A stretch of 64,000 nt of DNA from an uncultured Verrucomicrobiae bacterium (GTDB lineage Bacteria; Verrucomicrobiota; Verrucomicrobiia; Limisphaerales; Palsa-1400): assembly GCA_963702845.1 (NCBI GenBank), contig OY969763.1, forward strand, positions 1,056,001-1,120,000, in the 5' to 3' direction. The translations under genes were made by a program, and so were the position numbers. Below, piece by piece: positions 62,177-64,000 of the stretch (position 1 is its first letter; each line of letters opens with the position of its first letter). The notes beneath the pieces are model-generated. The model was not told where the DNA came from. It searched no databases and saw nothing but the letters and a program-made list of their open reading frames with translations.

Positions 62177-62629
62177 ATGAAGGAAATGGATCGTGTCCGG
62201 GCACATACAGCGGATCATGTGAATGAGCGCATTGATTCGGAAATTGAAGAGCGAGTGAAGATTTTTGCAACGCAATCGGCTGACCGAATTTCGCAGCGGA
62301 TCGAGGAATTGGACGCGGAATGGTCGATGGAGCGGTTGCTGGAGAGGAATGCATCGACGCTTGCTATGGCGGGCGTTGTTTTGGGCGCGACCGTGAACAA
62401 GAAATGGTTGTGGCTGACCGGTGGAGTTTTGGGGTTCTTGTTCCTGCACGCCGTGCAAGGGTGGTGTCCGCCTGTTCCGATTATGAGACGTATGGGGATC
62501 CGCACGCGCGGTGAAATCGACCGGGAGAAGTATGCGTTGAAAATATTGCGCGGTGACCTCGATGAAGTAACTGAACATTCCAGGGCAAAAGCAGCGCCGA
62601 GCCGGTTGGTGGCGGCGTTGCAGGTGTAG
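62177..62629 (+). CDS. DUF2892 (YgaP-like) membrane protein
   Basis: 'ERLLERNA', two TMs, 'HAVQGWCPP..IMRRMG'; AAGGGG RBS. Confidence 0.82.
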   Translation: MKEMDRVRAHTADHVNERIDSEIEERVKIFATQSADRISQRIEELDAEWSMERLLERNASTLAMAGVVLGATVNKKWLWLTGGVLGFLFLHAVQGWCPPVPIMRRMGIRTRGEIDREKYALKILRGDLDEVTEHSRAKAAPSRLVAALQV

Positions 62630-62699
62630 TTGAGGGTTTGGGAGAGCTTCGCGGATAACGCGTGCTGTTCCGGTCCCAGTAATTCTAGCGGTTTGCTCT

Positions 62700-63128
62700 T
62701 TACGGGATAACGGGAACGAGACCGTGTTTGAGCATGACTGCTTTCATTTTTTCAACGTCGGGAGGACCGCCGGCATTGACGATCGCTGCCATGTCTTTGA
62801 AGAAATTGGAACCGAGGAGGGCAGGGGTGACAACGGCCAGAGCTTTGGCCTGGGTTTGTTTCTGATTGGTGAAACCGTGAACTGCGCCGCGCGGAATGAA
62901 ACAGGATTGGCCAGGGCCGATTTCGACGGGCTTGCCTTCGACGGTAAAGGTCATTACGCCTTCGAGCCCGTAGATGGTCTCATCGTATTCCTTGTGATAG
63001 TGCGGCACAGGCATCTTTGCGGCGGCAGGCACTATGAATTCAAACATGGCTAGAGAACCATTCGTGTCGACGGCTTCGAGTAGGAAGCGGATACTGATTT
63101 GTCCTACGCGGATGGTTTCGTTTTTCAT
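62700..63128 (-). CDS. Cupin domain protein
   Basis: 'PHYH..DETIYGLEG', 'PG..FIPRGAVHGF'. Confidence 0.9.
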   Translation of the reverse strand: MKNETIRVGQISIRFLLEAVDTNGSLAMFEFIVPAAAKMPVPHYHKEYDETIYGLEGVMTFTVEGKPVEIGPGQSCFIPRGAVHGFTNQKQTQAKALAVVTPALLGSNFFKDMAAIVNAGGPPDVEKMKAVMLKHGLVPVIP

Positions 63129-63140
63129 GTTGGTAGCGGT

Positions 63141-63797
63141 TTAGGGCAGCTCGCGGATACGGATGTCTTTGAAATAGTAGACGCTTGTCGGATCGTGACC
63201 TTGCAATGCAATGGCGCCGCCGGCGGGGTTCCATTTCCGGCCGGGAAGGGACTGCGGCGGTCGGGCGGGTGTTGGTTCGGTGTAGTCAACAACTACACGA
63301 TTATCGACAGAGATGACGATGTGTTTGTTCTGGGCCCGGATATTCATTTTGAACCACTTGGTTTCATCTACGGGCGATTGGTGCAGGTCTTTGACCATAT
63401 AGAGACTGCCTGTCTTGCGGTCGTCACGAGCCTGGTTATTTAATTGGGCTTCGAAGCCTTTGGCCAAATGGTTTTTTGCGTTTTTCACCGAGTAATCTGT
63501 GTGGAAGAAAATGCCAGAATTGGCAATGCCGTCACAGCGTGTCGTCACTTCCAATTCAAAATTCGTGAAGGGCACAAATGTACCTTTGTCACCAGACCCA
63601 ATGAAAAAGAGGTGCGATGATTCGTGCGTTGCGTTGACGCGAATTGTGCCGTTGGTGACGGACCATGATTCGGGGTAGACGTTTGCCTTCCATCCGGTCA
63701 GATCCTTGCCATTGAACAGACTTTTCCACTCAGCGGCGCACAGCGTGTTGTGTGAGAGGACCAGTATGGACGCGACCAGAAGGGCGAGAGTTCGCAT
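63141..63797 (-). CDS. DUF1080 / 3-keto-disaccharide hydrolase family protein
   Basis: Signal peptide, 'SLFNGKDLTGW', 'NSGIFF', 'TGSLY', 'GAIALQGHD', 'FKDIRIREL'. Confidence 0.92.
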   Translation of the reverse strand: MRTLALLVASILVLSHNTLCAAEWKSLFNGKDLTGWKANVYPESWSVTNGTIRVNATHESSHLFFIGSGDKGTFVPFTNFELEVTTRCDGIANSGIFFHTDYSVKNAKNHLAKGFEAQLNNQARDDRKTGSLYMVKDLHQSPVDETKWFKMNIRAQNKHIVISVDNRVVVDYTEPTPARPPQSLPGRKWNPAGGAIALQGHDPTSVYYFKDIRIRELP

Positions 63798-63896
63798 AGA
63801 TTTGAAAGAAGCTAACGAGAGCTTGAGATGGATAGCAATGCAAAGCGAATGTGGATTCACGTGCGAATTTCGCATTGGGGCTCAGAATGGCGTTTC

Positions 63897-64000
63897 CTAT
63901 CCGGCCATGGCGTCGATGGAGTTCATGCGGCGGAGTTCCAGTTCTTCGTAGCGACGCTGGATTGTGGGAAGTTGGAACACGATAGAGGCGAGGATGAGGC
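63897..64000 (-). CDS. 3' end of a hypothetical membrane protein (partial)
   Basis: ...LILASIVFQLPTIQRRYEELELRRMNSIDAMAG*. Confidence 0.5.
   Translation of the reverse strand, partial: LILASIVFQLPTIQRRYEELELRRMNSIDAMAG

Overview
64 kb of bacterial chromosome, most likely Verrucomicrobiota (Pedosphaerales-like). That assignment is an inference from gene content: H-X9-DG pseudopilin, DUF1080, PQQ-propeller, exosortase, autotransporter-repeat protein and short 7-10 bp intergenic repeats. Layout: 1-15.7 kb is an intact type II secretion (gsp) cluster whose secretin is split into two separately exported genes, followed by a histidine kinase, a sigma-54 activator and an FAD/Fe-S oxidoreductase. 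16-34 kb is housekeeping and envelope genes (APC-USP transporter, MFS, O-antigen-ligase/TPR, leuC, DAHP synthase, recJ, exoD, terC, secDF-yajC, exosortase), many broken by single-base indels that look like sequencing errors. 34-50 kb holds an epimerase, an FG-GAP protein, tig, a Cpx-like two-component system, a secreted beta-helix protein and a four-gene rpsJ-rplC-rplD-rplW unit. 51-64 kb is accessory: a GH-like enzyme, a CsgG-like cluster behind a sigma-54 promoter, gene relics and small genes. No tRNA, rRNA, CRISPR or intact transposase was seen. Top observations: (1) a secretin split in the middle of an N-domain; (2) a 13-unit array with exact 21-bp period of palindromic GTTG-N4-CAAC boxes; (3) a Phe/Tyr leader-peptide attenuator before DAHP synthase; (4) two intergenic elements with 10-bp phased repeats downstream of sigma-70-type promoters. 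All protein calls are by motif recognition; no searches were run.
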